Shown: positions 27,901 to 37,876, counted from the first letter of the stretch. The stretch: DNA of 56,599 nt from a virus (IMGVR_UViG_3300033233_000046:1-56599); one strand, 5' to 3'. Numbers and translations: made by a program. The notes: generated from the letters alone by a model not told the origin.

Positions 27901-29459
27901 ATGCGTTTAATCCCCCACAGTTAGATTTAAACAAGCCCCTTACTAAAGAGCTTTTGGATCATGGTCTCATGCTGTATAATCATAATGCTCTGATAGATTT
28001 CGGGGAAGGTGTAGCAAGCGGAGGGTTACTTGAGAAGATACCCGTTCTAGGCGATGGATTAACGAGGTACAAAGAATATCTTTTTCTGAATTATATTTCA
28101 CGGTTGAAGTCTGCAATGGCTGAGGAGGCGGTTTCAAGGGCGGAGGGTTATTATAAAAAAGATTTGACAAGTGGTAAGTTAACAAGAGATCAAATGCTTG
28201 AGAATGTTGCAAAACAGGCCAATGCCGCCTTCGGAGAACAGAACTATAAATATATGGGACGTAACCCAACATTGCAAGATGCTTTAAGGGTTATTCTTTT
28301 AGCTCCTGATTTTCTAGAGGCCAGATTAAGATTTGCAGGGCAGGCACTGAGACCTTACGGAAGAGAGCAACAGATGGCCCTATTAAGGGGAGCTATCGGT
28401 ATGGCGGTGGGAGCACAGGTGATTAATTATATGTTCGGGGACGATCACAAGTTTAACTGGAAAGAACCGTTTACAATACTTATAGGCGGGGTAAGTTATA
28501 CTCCCCGGTCAGTTATGGGGGATGTAGCGCATCTATTTCAAGACCCTCGCAGCTTTGCTCTTCACCGTCTTAATCCGCTCACTACCAGAACGATGTATGA
28601 AATAGGACTCGGTAGAGATATAAACGGGAGAAAAGTTAATACAGAGGAAGCACTGAAGGACATAGGCAAGTCATGGTTTCCTATCCCAGCACAGGGATTA
28701 TTCAGAAAGAATTTAGCAGACAGCAAAACGCAATCATTCATAACGGGAGTATTAAATTCAATCGGTATCGGCAGCTATAAGCATAAAACTGAAGCGGAAA
28801 GAAAAATTTTCGAGTTCCTTCCTAAAATAGATATGACCGCTGAGCAAAAACTTAAACATACTTCATTGGAGACTGTTCGTGATTCTTACCGGGGAGGAGA
28901 TGAAGATAAAATAAGTGAAACACTACAGAACGCAGTAGAGGCGAAAACAATCACGGAGAAAGAAGCAGACAGACTATGGAATGAGAGGGGAGCATCACGG
29001 CTTTCATTAAGTTTTGACCATATCAATATTCAACAAGCCGTAGAGATATGGAAGCTGGCTACCCCAAAAGAGAAGGAAGCATTATATGAGAAGCTAATCA
29101 AGAAGGTTGACAACGCCCATAAGAACAAGTCCGAGAAGCTGACAGATGAATTACTTGATGAGATCAATACGCTTTTAGATAAGTACGAGGAGCCGGGACA
29201 GACATCGGAGATTACAATACCGAGTAGGTCAGGTGGGAATGTTATTAGTGAAGATTATCCACCAATAGAGGAGGATAATTCGAGGGCTGAATTAGATATC
29301 GATTCTATTCCAGAAAATGCTAAGGTAACTGTAACGGAGCTAACGAGAAAGGGAAATGAATTGAAAGTTACACGTAATGCGAGAGAGGCTTTAGCAGAGA
29401 AAAAAGCGGACATTAAGACTTTTCAATCTATGTTAGAATATCTCAAGGCAGGTGTTTAA
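24996..29459 (+). CDS. Large internal virion / DNA-transfer protein (1487 aa)
   Basis: Size, G/A-rich amphipathic N-terminus, polyvalent-protein-like C-terminus. Confidence 0.7.
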   Translation: MPKAWKDIVNSQDYKAWNPEKRARAQNIYFDEVVSEGLSDEDKAQAKAQFFKAYPPPKPPGIVDKAIDVVKDVPRSVKAYGSQTVASLMEGAAGFGEKLSGASDYIADRTGLYDLGEKIGIPRTSGLTKEMVEGSKGLATSTRKMAESIPSTPIERFVGGAAGGALPGITEFVTEKGMPPLAYVMGASEAKKKGESEVLGGLGEAGRIGLLSKAFGATAPLKRGLRMLAQGVVMATGSPEGPTPEAFGTGMLYGMFGGKGEIGLRGMAKKPSVPWEEFGDIPKDPTKPFSKEEIKSINAIKPTEGEGIASKIPPEQPPIKPEGVIEALKPQTEGVDRRAAMRPYLPDFTVEQLQEMKRTNEEGWADKPTTDPYEIRKRDRQRDELDKIIVKAGGRAEKEIEEPPMPEFKKKYQKKEGVTIEQDKSATEAEATTGGRGAGTEVRGEVIQVDKVMSPEEGKALLTSETAKEPVKKATQKDMFGATQGGLEGKIPSTETPETPLEAAQREAQARKVQAEEAKAQQALPTEPLTPKAKATIQDSFDNGLTVSLKNLRESDKRTITKGEIRQIYEVKSRQTTAPEMIEKLKGEGFKIGKSVELYSGIPVDEIVRSVKAFKESIFDPVKAFWSRPPKASEGKNIIGKYLGDAQQYQWRLSRFANAIQKEIPKLDQQAMKRWMQAGGDEATLRQWATQMKDPELKKIYERALNLPEQAKEIARQLEVGYAEGAEEMIKSGILEDTVEFYVNKNWDRPNKASQKLQAWANATSTGKFRPDPKEAKHRIWKSNFEGEQLGYKEKNDSIGFAYVKWMSSMADAKSTREALKSMMSAKMPDGRPMVYVGGGGSYVPKELQAEREAYFIKPNAKPEAAYDYKSFDHPAFRKWKWVDSDPEGKPIMVQGNMLIHPEAYKQINAMIGKSKIRTYTIPEDVPIVGGKQPGRMLLDAGAFVKGTILVGPFHQVHVGEHALFHKVNAFNPPQLDLNKPLTKELLDHGLMLYNHNALIDFGEGVASGGLLEKIPVLGDGLTRYKEYLFLNYISRLKSAMAEEAVSRAEGYYKKDLTSGKLTRDQMLENVAKQANAAFGEQNYKYMGRNPTLQDALRVILLAPDFLEARLRFAGQALRPYGREQQMALLRGAIGMAVGAQVINYMFGDDHKFNWKEPFTILIGGVSYTPRSVMGDVAHLFQDPRSFALHRLNPLTTRTMYEIGLGRDINGRKVNTEEALKDIGKSWFPIPAQGLFRKNLADSKTQSFITGVLNSIGIGSYKHKTEAERKIFEFLPKIDMTAEQKLKHTSLETVRDSYRGGDEDKISETLQNAVEAKTITEKEADRLWNERGASRLSLSFDHINIQQAVEIWKLATPKEKEALYEKLIKKVDNAHKNKSEKLTDELLDEINTLLDKYEEPGQTSEITIPSRSGGNVISEDYPPIEEDNSRAELDIDSIPENAKVTVTELTRKGNELKVTRNAREALAEKKADIKTFQSMLEYLKAGV

Positions 29460-29848
29460 TGAAGGTTCTTACTGAAAAAGAATTAAAGACAATGCTTAAA
29501 AACAAAGAGATTACATATGCCCAGTTTATTGAAGAAATGAAGCCTGAAGCTCAAGAACCGCCTGATTCTGAACACAAACATTTAGATGCTCTTAGGGCCA
29601 TTAAGGAAGTGCTCATTCGGACAGAAGGAAATAGAGAGAAAAGAGATACCCATTTGCTCGTTATACTTAATAATTACCGTGATGATATTCTGCATGTGTT
29701 GAAGATGATAGTTGATAGGCTCGAAAAAGAAATACCAATAAAACTAGAGCTACCACAAAAGGAGTTAGAACCCCTGAAAAAATGGCGGTTTACACCGTCC
29801 AGGGACGATAATGGGAGAATCGAACACATAGATGCTGAAGAAATTTAA
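29459..29848 (+). CDS. Hypothetical protein
   Basis: TAATG coupling; WRFTPSRDDNGRI C-terminal motif. Confidence 0.6.
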   Translation: MKVLTEKELKTMLKNKEITYAQFIEEMKPEAQEPPDSEHKHLDALRAIKEVLIRTEGNREKRDTHLLVILNNYRDDILHVLKMIVDRLEKEIPIKLELPQKELEPLKKWRFTPSRDDNGRIEHIDAEEI

Positions 29849-30006
29849 AATGGAGGTATATACCCGGTGAGACTTTTTCTTATCATTATAACTATGGTCG
29901 CTATCTTCTACGCGTCTCAATTTGCCATATCACTTTACTGTGACCTCTCAGGCATTGACCTGAAGACGGCCTTGTGGGTGGGGGAAGGAAATGAAAGGAG
30001 AAGCAT

Positions 30007-30285
30007 ATGAAATACGAAATCGAAGTTTACGACAATCTTAATCAGACGCTTTTGGATGTTTCCACAGAGGCGGGGGTAACACCGGAACAGTATATAGCCG
30101 ACGTGATGAATCCTCAGTTGAAGGCGATCTGTCTTAATAGGACAATCAGCAAACTCTTGTCATTCGATGTTGTTGACATGAAGCCCATTGTTGACGCTGT
30201 AGACACGGCTCACCTTGCGATAGAGGCTGGGAAACTCGCAATGCTGCCTCCAGTTGAACCTCCGATAAGTAAGGGAATATTGTAA
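30007..30285 (+). CDS. Hypothetical protein
   Basis: AAGGAG RBS; coupled to next gene. Confidence 0.6.
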   Translation: MKYEIEVYDNLNQTLLDVSTEAGVTPEQYIADVMNPQLKAICLNRTISKLLSFDVVDMKPIVDAVDTAHLAIEAGKLAMLPPVEPPISKGIL

Positions 30286-31301
30286 TGGTATTTGATCTTC
30301 AATGGTTCGATAGACATCAGAGGAAACTCCTCTGGTTGTGCAATGCCTCTGTTATCAAGCATTGGTTTAGGTGGGTGCTGAGGATTCATAACGATGTTAA
30401 ATCGTGGGAGCGCATATGTCAGATACAGCCGAACAACCATAAAGTTTTCAGAGGTATCATCGGTGATAGGGCATATCTAAAAGCCGATTTCAGAACACAC
30501 GATAAATTTTCCAAACGTCTTTATTATACTTTTAGGCCCATGTGGTGGGTAATGCACTATTGGGATTTATTTATAGCAGATAGGTGGCAACCTAAGTGGA
30601 GTTTTGGATTTACGACTCTAACGACTTATCCTGATGCTGATCCGGAAACAACAACGTGTGATGGTTATGTACAGGGAGGGAATAGCGGATGGGATAATAC
30701 TTGGGCATCTTTGCACGATGCGTCAAGTGGCTCAACAGCGGTTACCACAGCCTCATATATGCAGTCCCGAATTGAATCCGGACCTTCTACATCTAAATGG
30801 GCTGACTTATGGAGAATATTTCTTCTGTTTAACACGGCTTCAATTGACGATACTGCGACAATAAGTGCTGCAACGTGTAGCCTATATGGAAATGATAAAA
30901 ATGACCAGTTAGCAGCAACTCCAGCCATTGCTCTTGTATCTTCTGCCCCTGCATCAAATACAAACCTTGTTATTGGTGATTATAACAAATTAGGTGCATC
31001 TGATTATGCAACAAGGATAACTTATGCAAACTGGAGTGATGGTGGGTATAATGGTCTTGTAATGAATGCTGCTGGCCTTGCCGCTATATCACTAACAGGA
31101 ATTACTAAATTAGGAGCACGTTTATCATATGATATCGACAATATAGCACCTACTTGGTCAGCGAATAAGGTCAGTAATTTAGTAATGTATGGAGCCGAGA
31201 GAACCGGCACAACTCAAGACCCCAAATTGGTGGTGACGTATACGATTTCATCAGGAATTGTAGCAGCGGCAATGCACCATCTTAAAATGATGAGAGAATA
31301 A
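30285..31301 (+). CDS. Structural protein with DNRLRE-like beta-sandwich and Trp/Arg-rich N-terminus
   Basis: RIFLLFNTASI..ATISAATCSLY...PKLVVTY pattern. Confidence 0.6.
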   Translation: MVFDLQWFDRHQRKLLWLCNASVIKHWFRWVLRIHNDVKSWERICQIQPNNHKVFRGIIGDRAYLKADFRTHDKFSKRLYYTFRPMWWVMHYWDLFIADRWQPKWSFGFTTLTTYPDADPETTTCDGYVQGGNSGWDNTWASLHDASSGSTAVTTASYMQSRIESGPSTSKWADLWRIFLLFNTASIDDTATISAATCSLYGNDKNDQLAATPAIALVSSAPASNTNLVIGDYNKLGASDYATRITYANWSDGGYNGLVMNAAGLAAISLTGITKLGARLSYDIDNIAPTWSANKVSNLVMYGAERTGTTQDPKLVVTYTISSGIVAAAMHHLKMMRE

Positions 31302-31304
31302 GAA

Positions 31305-32939
31305 ATGGCACAAGACCTAAGACAGAGTACAGCAGGCCAGACGGTCATGTTTGGTCCGTTTGTGGATAAAACTGACGGCGTAACTTTAAAGACCGATGCG
31401 ACAACGATAACAGATATAGACCACGCGACAACTGGAATATTTCTAAGTAAGAATGGGGCTGCGTCTGCTATAAGACATCAGAGCGTTACAGCAAGCGTGG
31501 CTGATTCCTATGGTCAAATGCAGGTTACACTAGATGCAACCGATACAGGGACAGCAGGAAGGCTGGATATGATATTTGCAAAAGCTGCAACTTATCTGCC
31601 TGTTCAAAAGACCTTCAATGTTCTTCCACAGGCTGAGTATGACATCAAGTATGCCGCAGGGGTTAGGCCAGTAAATCTTACTCAAATACTCGGAGCAGCA
31701 ATCACCGGAACGGCGGCTAATATAGTAGCTGCATTCACAAAGTTCTTTGATAAGACTTCACCCACAGGGACAATCAATAGTTTGCCTGATGCGGTTGCAG
31801 GTCAAGCGAATGGTATAGCTATCGTTGGCTCTGTCATGGGGAAAAGCCCCGCCACTCTTGCGGCTGCCGATGTATCAGGAAATCTGCCGGCACAGGTTAA
31901 GGCACAAGACAACATTGACTTTGGGGTATTGCAGAAGTTAAGCCTTAATGCTGCCACTCCTGCGAGCATTCAATCTTATGGAACGCTCGTTGCTGACATA
32001 GTTGCTGCGGTATGGGGTGCTCTGACTTCTGGAATGATTACGTTGAATTCTATCGGGAAGAAGTTGGCAGATTGGGTTGTCGGTACGCTGACCAGCGACT
32101 ATGACGCGGCAAAGAATGCAGCTTCCCAGACCTCGGTGAACGCCATAACCACGAACACGGCGAGAGGGCGTTCCTCTGTCCCTGACCAGATATTCAGAGA
32201 AGCAGCGGGAACACAGTCCTATGAGTTTGATTTGCTTATATACTCTCTAAAGGGGGTATTGGAAGCTCCTGACGCAGCGCCCACGATCCACGCAAGGAAT
32301 GGTGCTGGCAGCAGTCTTGATGCAATGCTGTCTTCCACGACCATGACGCTGATCTCGACCGGGAAGTATAAGGTGACGTTCAACGTGGCTCCTACAGATA
32401 TATTGCAAGAAGTTCTTCTTGACTTCTCATGGGCTGTTGGCGGCGAGGCATTTGCGGTTACGGACTATGTGTATGTGGTTGACCTGTATGCTGTTGACTT
32501 TACGTCTGATGATAGAACGAAGCTCACCGACATACACGACAAGCTTCCGTCCGGGACAATAGCGAAGCCTGGAGATTCAATGGTCGCCTCGAATATGCGA
32601 GGAACTGATGACGCAGCATTGGCAAGCGTCTGCACTGAGACAAGACTAGCCGAACTCGATGCGGCAAACTTGCCAACGGATATTGCAGCGATACCGACAA
32701 CCAAAACCGAATATTCACTTTCCACGGCTGGCATAACAGCGATATGGGCTAGTGTAATTGAGGGAACAGTTACAGTTAACAAGGCGCTTAAATATATACT
32801 TGCAGTGCTTGTAGGGAAAGCTTCGGGTGGAGGTACAACTACTATTACCTTTAAAGATACCACGGATACAACAAGTAGGGTGGTGGCTACAGTTGACCCA
32901 GACGGGAATAGAACAAACGTGACATTGGATGGAAGCTAG
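31305..32939 (+). CDS. Ala/Thr-rich virion fibre/decoration protein
   Basis: LRQSTAGQ..GPFVDKTDG start; RVVATVDPDGNRT end. Confidence 0.65.
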   Translation: MAQDLRQSTAGQTVMFGPFVDKTDGVTLKTDATTITDIDHATTGIFLSKNGAASAIRHQSVTASVADSYGQMQVTLDATDTGTAGRLDMIFAKAATYLPVQKTFNVLPQAEYDIKYAAGVRPVNLTQILGAAITGTAANIVAAFTKFFDKTSPTGTINSLPDAVAGQANGIAIVGSVMGKSPATLAAADVSGNLPAQVKAQDNIDFGVLQKLSLNAATPASIQSYGTLVADIVAAVWGALTSGMITLNSIGKKLADWVVGTLTSDYDAAKNAASQTSVNAITTNTARGRSSVPDQIFREAAGTQSYEFDLLIYSLKGVLEAPDAAPTIHARNGAGSSLDAMLSSTTMTLISTGKYKVTFNVAPTDILQEVLLDFSWAVGGEAFAVTDYVYVVDLYAVDFTSDDRTKLTDIHDKLPSGTIAKPGDSMVASNMRGTDDAALASVCTETRLAELDAANLPTDIAAIPTTKTEYSLSTAGITAIWASVIEGTVTVNKALKYILAVLVGKASGGGTTTITFKDTTDTTSRVVATVDPDGNRTNVTLDGS

Positions 32940-32941
32940 AA

Positions 32942-33148
32942 ATGTCATATGTAGGGTTGCCCTATTCTCCGAAGAACTATTATCCGGAGAGATACTTCCC
33001 AATGGGGGGGATTATAGTTTTACCTTCTTCTATACGTCCGAGCGGTGGATGGAAAAGGAAAAGGCAGGAAGAAATAATTAGAAGAGAGGACGATGAGGTT
33101 ATGGAATTAATAATGAGAGTATTTACAGGTGGGTCATGGCTACATTAG
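32942..33148 (+). CDS. Small hypothetical protein
   Basis: YYPERYFP and REDDEVMELI motifs; operonic. Confidence 0.55.
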   Translation: MSYVGLPYSPKNYYPERYFPMGGIIVLPSSIRPSGGWKRKRQEEIIRREDDEVMELIMRVFTGGSWLH

Positions 33149-33420
33149 CAGATTGTTTTAAATTACATGGCATTGAAGAAAAAAGTCCTGAAGCTGGGTT
33201 TATCAGGAAAGAAGTGGCACGATACAAAAAAGATGGATTTTCTACTCAAGAAGCTTATGTCGGAGTATTGACAGACCTGTTAAATCGTGCAGAAACTGAA
33301 CATGGCAATATATTAAAACAACTAGGAGGGGATACCAATACCTTAACTGAACTTAAATCTCCAAAGTTATCCCGAAAGGAAAAGCGTAAACAGTTAATGG
33401 AGAAATCGGATGAAAGTTGA
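33136..33420 (+). CDS. Hypothetical protein
   Basis: Operonic ORF. Confidence 0.55.
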   Translation: MATLADCFKLHGIEEKSPEAGFIRKEVARYKKDGFSTQEAYVGVLTDLLNRAETEHGNILKQLGGDTNTLTELKSPKLSRKEKRKQLMEKSDES

Positions 33421-33815
33421 GGAAAACTATGCTCCTTTATAGAATATGGGATGTAGAAGGCAAAACAAGGAATGATGGCCTCGGCGACTATCGAGAACAT
33501 TTTGACGGAGTATGGGATATTTGCGCCACAAGATTATCGAACCCTCGATTTACTGATCTTATCCTCATTCATGAGTTTATAGAGACTATTTTGATAAGGG
33601 CTGCCGGCATACCTGAACCAGACATAGACGCCTTTGATGCTCAATTCGAGGAATTAAGGGGGCAGGGCTTTATTGATAACGATGCAGAACCAGGGGACGA
33701 TCAGAATGCTCCGTATTATCAGGCTCATCAAATAGCAACAAGGATAGAAAAAATAGCGTGTGAAGCTTTGGGATTATCATGGACGGATTACGAGAAGGAG
33801 TGTGAGAATGTTTGA
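33417..33815 (+). CDS. Small putative metal-binding / zincin-like protein
   Basis: IHEFIE plus EPGDD..APY..AH..A..IE. Confidence 0.55.
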   Translation: MRKTMLLYRIWDVEGKTRNDGLGDYREHFDGVWDICATRLSNPRFTDLILIHEFIETILIRAAGIPEPDIDAFDAQFEELRGQGFIDNDAEPGDDQNAPYYQAHQIATRIEKIACEALGLSWTDYEKECENV

Positions 33816-35070
33816 TTTAAACAAGCGTAAGGTTCTGATATATGACTACGGGACCTTTACTTTTCTGGCTGAAAGATTAGCAGAGGACTTTGGAGAAGTG
33901 ATTTACTTCACTCCATGGAAATCCGCACTACCCCGTGCTGAGAAGGCAGTTATAGGAGAAGGGCTGGAAGGAATCACTAACTGCCGTGAGTTCTATGAAG
34001 CATTAAAAGAACTTGACCCCAAAAGAGATATAGTGGCTTTCTTTCACGTTGGAGAGGGAGATTTACAGGAGAATCTTAGAAAGCAGGGATATACGGTGTT
34101 CGGCATGGGAGGGGCAGAAGTGCTAGAAATGAACCGCTATCAATTTAAGCAGGAACTTAAAAAAATGGGGCTGCCGATTATTCCCTATGAGCACATTAAA
34201 GGAATAGACGATCTTGATGAATATCTTAGGGGTGTAGAGAACAAGCACGTTAAAATAAGCTCGTTCCGCTGGCTTACTGAGACGTGGAAGCATATTAATT
34301 ATGCACATTCAAAGGCTCGATTAAGAAAACTAGCCTATAACGCCGGAGCCTTCCAGTCAAAAATAGAGTTTGTGGTGGAAGATCATATCGAAGGAGAAGA
34401 AGGCGGGACTGATAACTTCATATCGGATGGTGAATACTTTGATAAATGTCTGTTTGGGTTTGAGTTAAAGGATGCCGGATATGTATGCAAGGTATCGGAA
34501 CTAAGCGATGTCCCTAAGCCATTTCTGGATGTTCTCTTAAAAGCGCAGCCTTTCTTTAAAGAAAAGAAATCCAGGGGTATGTTCTCAACCGAAGTCAGAA
34601 TTACTAAGGATATGACCCCCTACTGGAATGATGCCACAATCAGGGGCGGCTTGCCTCCGAGTGAAATAATCTGCGAGCAATGGAAGAACTTCAGTGAAGC
34701 GGTATGGGCTACTGCAAATGGAGAAACCATTAAGCTAGAGCCTGTAGCTAAGTATGCCGCACAAGTGATTTTATGTTCCTCATGGGCTAAAACAGAGGCA
34801 ACGGTTATTGAGTTTCCAAAGAAAATAGCAAAATCCATTAAATTATATAATGCCTGCAAGATGGACGGATATTTTAAATATATTCCACAAGATAACTCTG
34901 ACGTAATAGCTTCTGCTATCGGACTATCAGATGATCTTGAAGAAGCAGAAGTTATTGCTCTGAAGGCAGCAGGGCAGGTTAAAGCCGATTCCCTGGATTA
35001 TGATGGTGACTGTTTTGATATGCTGGATGAAAAGTTGGAAAAAGCTAAGAAGTTAGGGATTAAATTCTAA
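33808..35070 (+). CDS. ATP-grasp ligase (PurD/GARS-like)
   Basis: LEMNRYQFKQ..MGLP, HVKIS, FVVEDHIEGEE, STEVRI, DATIRGGLPP. Confidence 0.75.
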   Translation: MFDLNKRKVLIYDYGTFTFLAERLAEDFGEVIYFTPWKSALPRAEKAVIGEGLEGITNCREFYEALKELDPKRDIVAFFHVGEGDLQENLRKQGYTVFGMGGAEVLEMNRYQFKQELKKMGLPIIPYEHIKGIDDLDEYLRGVENKHVKISSFRWLTETWKHINYAHSKARLRKLAYNAGAFQSKIEFVVEDHIEGEEGGTDNFISDGEYFDKCLFGFELKDAGYVCKVSELSDVPKPFLDVLLKAQPFFKEKKSRGMFSTEVRITKDMTPYWNDATIRGGLPPSEIICEQWKNFSEAVWATANGETIKLEPVAKYAAQVILCSSWAKTEATVIEFPKKIAKSIKLYNACKMDGYFKYIPQDNSDVIASAIGLSDDLEEAEVIALKAAGQVKADSLDYDGDCFDMLDEKLEKAKKLGIKF

Positions 35071-35093
35071 CAATAAAAAGGAGGGCTTATGAA

Positions 35094-35453
35094 TTGTTCA
35101 AGCCAAGGGGAGTCACAATATTAATCAATATGAACGGGTTGACTTTATCTCAATTAACAGATGTCGTCTTTTGGAAAGACGTGATAATGAGCCTTACGCG
35201 GTTCGCAGGTCTTACCCCGCATACTGAAACCTTTGTCTTTAAGAGATTTAAGGACGCTGCTAATGAGGTATGCGGGATTACCTTCTCTACCATTCTATCA
35301 GAAAGCCACATCCAGGGACATACATGGGGGGAAAGTAATTATCTGCGACTCGAACTGTCTTCATGTAAATATGTCAGTCCCGATTCCATAAGGGAATGGC
35401 TTGAGAGTAAATTCCCCGATACTTACGTGGACTGTATGGCGGTAGCATGGTAA
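35094..35453 (+). CDS. Pyruvoyl-dependent AdoMet decarboxylase-like proenzyme (SpeD/SpeH class)
   Basis: GITFSTILSE/SHIQGHTWGE...ELSSC matches the ESH self-cleavage motif and downstream HTW and Cys. Confidence 0.8.
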   Translation: MFKPRGVTILINMNGLTLSQLTDVVFWKDVIMSLTRFAGLTPHTETFVFKRFKDAANEVCGITFSTILSESHIQGHTWGESNYLRLELSSCKYVSPDSIREWLESKFPDTYVDCMAVAW

Positions 35454-35772
35454 AAGATACCTGTGAGAACTGCACGAAGATGAAAAGAATGGGGATTATT
35501 TTTATCTGCATGGAGAAATCAAAGCCTGAACATCATATCTATGAGGAAGTTAAGCCAGAGTATAAATGCTGTAAGAGTATTGAATTTAAACATAGCGGTA
35601 CGTTTTTTAAAAGCGAGAGGTTGTATTAATGAAAGTAATAATAATTTCGATAGCCCTCATCTTTGCTCTTTATGCATTTCTATGGGTGTTCTCTTGTGCG
35701 GATAGTAAGTATTTTGGCTGGACTAAAACGTATCATACAAAATCTAACGAATGAAAAGGACGGTAACATGAA

Positions 35773-36006
35773 ATGATTGAGAACGCAGGGTATGGGGCAG
35801 GAGGTGGTATAGTAGGAGCTATAGCAATGTGGCTGGGTTTTAAGCAGAGATTAGATAGGGTTGACAAAGACATCCAATTTATTAGAGAGGGAGTTGTTTG
35901 GAAAGATACGTGTGATGCTCTCCATGAGGCTACGTTACAACGGTTAGATTCTATTGATAAAAACCTTAGAACTCTTCTAGAAAGAAGGATTGAACCCCGG
36001 CAATGA
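35773..36006 (+). CDS. Single-TM coiled-coil protein (holin/antiholin-like)
   Basis: N-terminal TM then coiled coil, before endolysin. Confidence 0.55.
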   Translation: MIENAGYGAGGGIVGAIAMWLGFKQRLDRVDKDIQFIREGVVWKDTCDALHEATLQRLDSIDKNLRTLLERRIEPRQ

Positions 36007-36193
36007 AATCCTTCGGCTGTTTTCAGGCTCAGATGATGGTTAGCGGTAAGAGGTGTATCTTCAATAAAGCCCAACATTGTTATCCGGTATCTACAGACGA
36101 AAAATGCATCCAATGCCAAAAAGAATGGGAAGCCAATAAAAAGGCTTGCCAAAACCTTACTATTTAGGTATAACTATCTAAGGGAAGGGGAGA

Positions 36194-36610
36194 ATGAAAG
36201 AAAATTTCGATAAATGCCTCGCCTTTGTTCTGGAACGAGAGGGCAATTATTCCTTCGATAAGTCCGATCCTGGCGGTGAAACTCATTTCGGCATTAGCAA
36301 AAAGTCGTTTCCACAATTAGATATTAAAAATCTCACTCTTCAACAAGCCTCTGACATTTACAAAATAAGCTATTGGGACGCTATTCATTGTGACGATCTG
36401 AAATGGCCTCTTGATGCCTGTGCGTTTGACTGTTGTGTTAATCAAGGCTGGGGAGTGGCAAGCTCATTCCTAAGCGAGACGGACGATTGGCAGGAGTTTC
36501 TATTTCTCAGGATAAAGCGGTATGTGGAATTAGGCCGTAAATATCCTCAGTTTCTAAGGGGATGGCTAATGAGGGTAGTTAAACTGTATGAGTTTGTAAG
36601 ACTCACATGA
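36194..36610 (+). CDS. Endolysin, glycoside hydrolase family 108
   Basis: EGNY..DPGGETHFGIS, IYKISYW, FDCCVNQG, FLRGWLMRV. Confidence 0.92.
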   Translation: MKENFDKCLAFVLEREGNYSFDKSDPGGETHFGISKKSFPQLDIKNLTLQQASDIYKISYWDAIHCDDLKWPLDACAFDCCVNQGWGVASSFLSETDDWQEFLFLRIKRYVELGRKYPQFLRGWLMRVVKLYEFVRLT

Positions 36611-37086
36611 ACCTATCTCTTATCTTTAAAATCATAAAGCAACTCACCACAAAGGATGCTCCTGAAGACAGTAAGCGTCCATGGGTGTTCCGGCGCAGGT
36701 TTATCGGGGCGGCAGTCCTTGTCGGAACAGGCTTCCTCGGTGCTCATTACGGAATAATCCTTGACGGTAGTGCCACAGACATCATAACCAATAACTTGCA
36801 GGTCATTATTGCCACAGTGAGTGCCTTTTTAACGACTCCATGGGACCTTAGCCATATAGGAGATAAGCTTTCCAACCTTGAAGCCCTCCTGACGGCTCTC
36901 GGCTTGATTTTAGGGGCATTTAAGCAAGCCCAGGGGTGGGTAGACAGACAAAAGACTATTCCCGTAACAGTTTCTCCTCCGGGGCAGGTTGTTTCCCCCT
37001 CAGTTGTGCAGCCTGCCCCCTTCCCCGATAAGGTTGAAGACTCAGGGAAGATTGAGGATACAAAATTGAGTGATAGCAGAGGGTAG
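36607..37086 (+). CDS. Holin-like membrane protein
   Basis: Several hydrophobic segments; coupled to endolysin. Confidence 0.55.
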   Translation: MNLSLIFKIIKQLTTKDAPEDSKRPWVFRRRFIGAAVLVGTGFLGAHYGIILDGSATDIITNNLQVIIATVSAFLTTPWDLSHIGDKLSNLEALLTALGLILGAFKQAQGWVDRQKTIPVTVSPPGQVVSPSVVQPAPFPDKVEDSGKIEDTKLSDSRG

Positions 37087-37090
37087 CAAA

Positions 37091-37876
37091 GTGAAAAAGA
37101 CCCTGATCTTATTATTCATAGCCCCCTGTCTCTTGGCAATGTTTGGCTGCGGAGAGGTGCGTGAGAAAATTCCCATCTCTCCACCCGACAGTTTGCCAAC
37201 AGGATACGAGAAATGGTCTGTGTTCTATGCGAATGATTGGGCAAAGTATCAGATTACAATGGAGCAGAAACTTGACCCTGACTTCTGGAAACAGAACATC
37301 GAGGAGTACGTTCCGCCTGTCTGGTTCGTGAATGAGACATTGGGAATAACCATTCTTGATTCATCCCCATATGACCTAGACATAATCTATGCGTTACAGG
37401 CTGGAGACTTTGCACTGGCAAATAAGTTCCGTAAGCAATATCTCCTAGAGTCGGGGCTGACAGAGGAGCAGTTTCAGGAGGTCTCTGACAAATGGCTGAA
37501 GCGGAATAATTTCCATAATCTCAGCTATTTCTGTCTTGGTGTAGCCGACAAGAATACCCGCACTTTCATGTCGAATCCGAATCCGGCTGACCCGACTTCG
37601 CCATTCTCCGCAGAGGGAGATAATCTTATCGTTGTGGAGGTACTTGAGGACGGCGTAGAGGGTATTATGGAACTGAGCGACATTGACATTGCCCGGATAG
37701 GACTTTACCAGAAGGGTTTAGGCAGTGAAAAGTTTGTTCGCGGCATCGTGGAAAGAGCACAGAAGGCGAAATTCTTCCTCGGTGCAACACGGAGAGAGGA
37801 AGATTGGGAGTCCTACAGCGGCTATAAGCCTAATGGCATATTTGGCATAGCATCAAGGAGCAGACAACCATTATGA
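37091..37876 (+). CDS. Predicted lipoprotein of unknown function
   Basis: MKKTLILLFIAPCLLAMFG-C signal. Confidence 0.6.
   Translation: MKKTLILLFIAPCLLAMFGCGEVREKIPISPPDSLPTGYEKWSVFYANDWAKYQITMEQKLDPDFWKQNIEEYVPPVWFVNETLGITILDSSPYDLDIIYALQAGDFALANKFRKQYLLESGLTEEQFQEVSDKWLKRNNFHNLSYFCLGVADKNTRTFMSNPNPADPTSPFSAEGDNLIVVEVLEDGVEGIMELSDIDIARIGLYQKGLGSEKFVRGIVERAQKAKFFLGATRREEDWESYSGYKPNGIFGIASRSRQPL

Noticed and set aside
24996-29459. Tape measure protein or virion RNA polymerase
   Set aside because: No tail tube/chaperone genes or polymerase motifs recognised; context fits an ejection protein.
33808-35070. Genuine purD or PurZ-type auxiliary gene
   Set aside because: Lacks the PurD N-terminal GxGGREH motif and is not an adenylosuccinate-synthetase fold.
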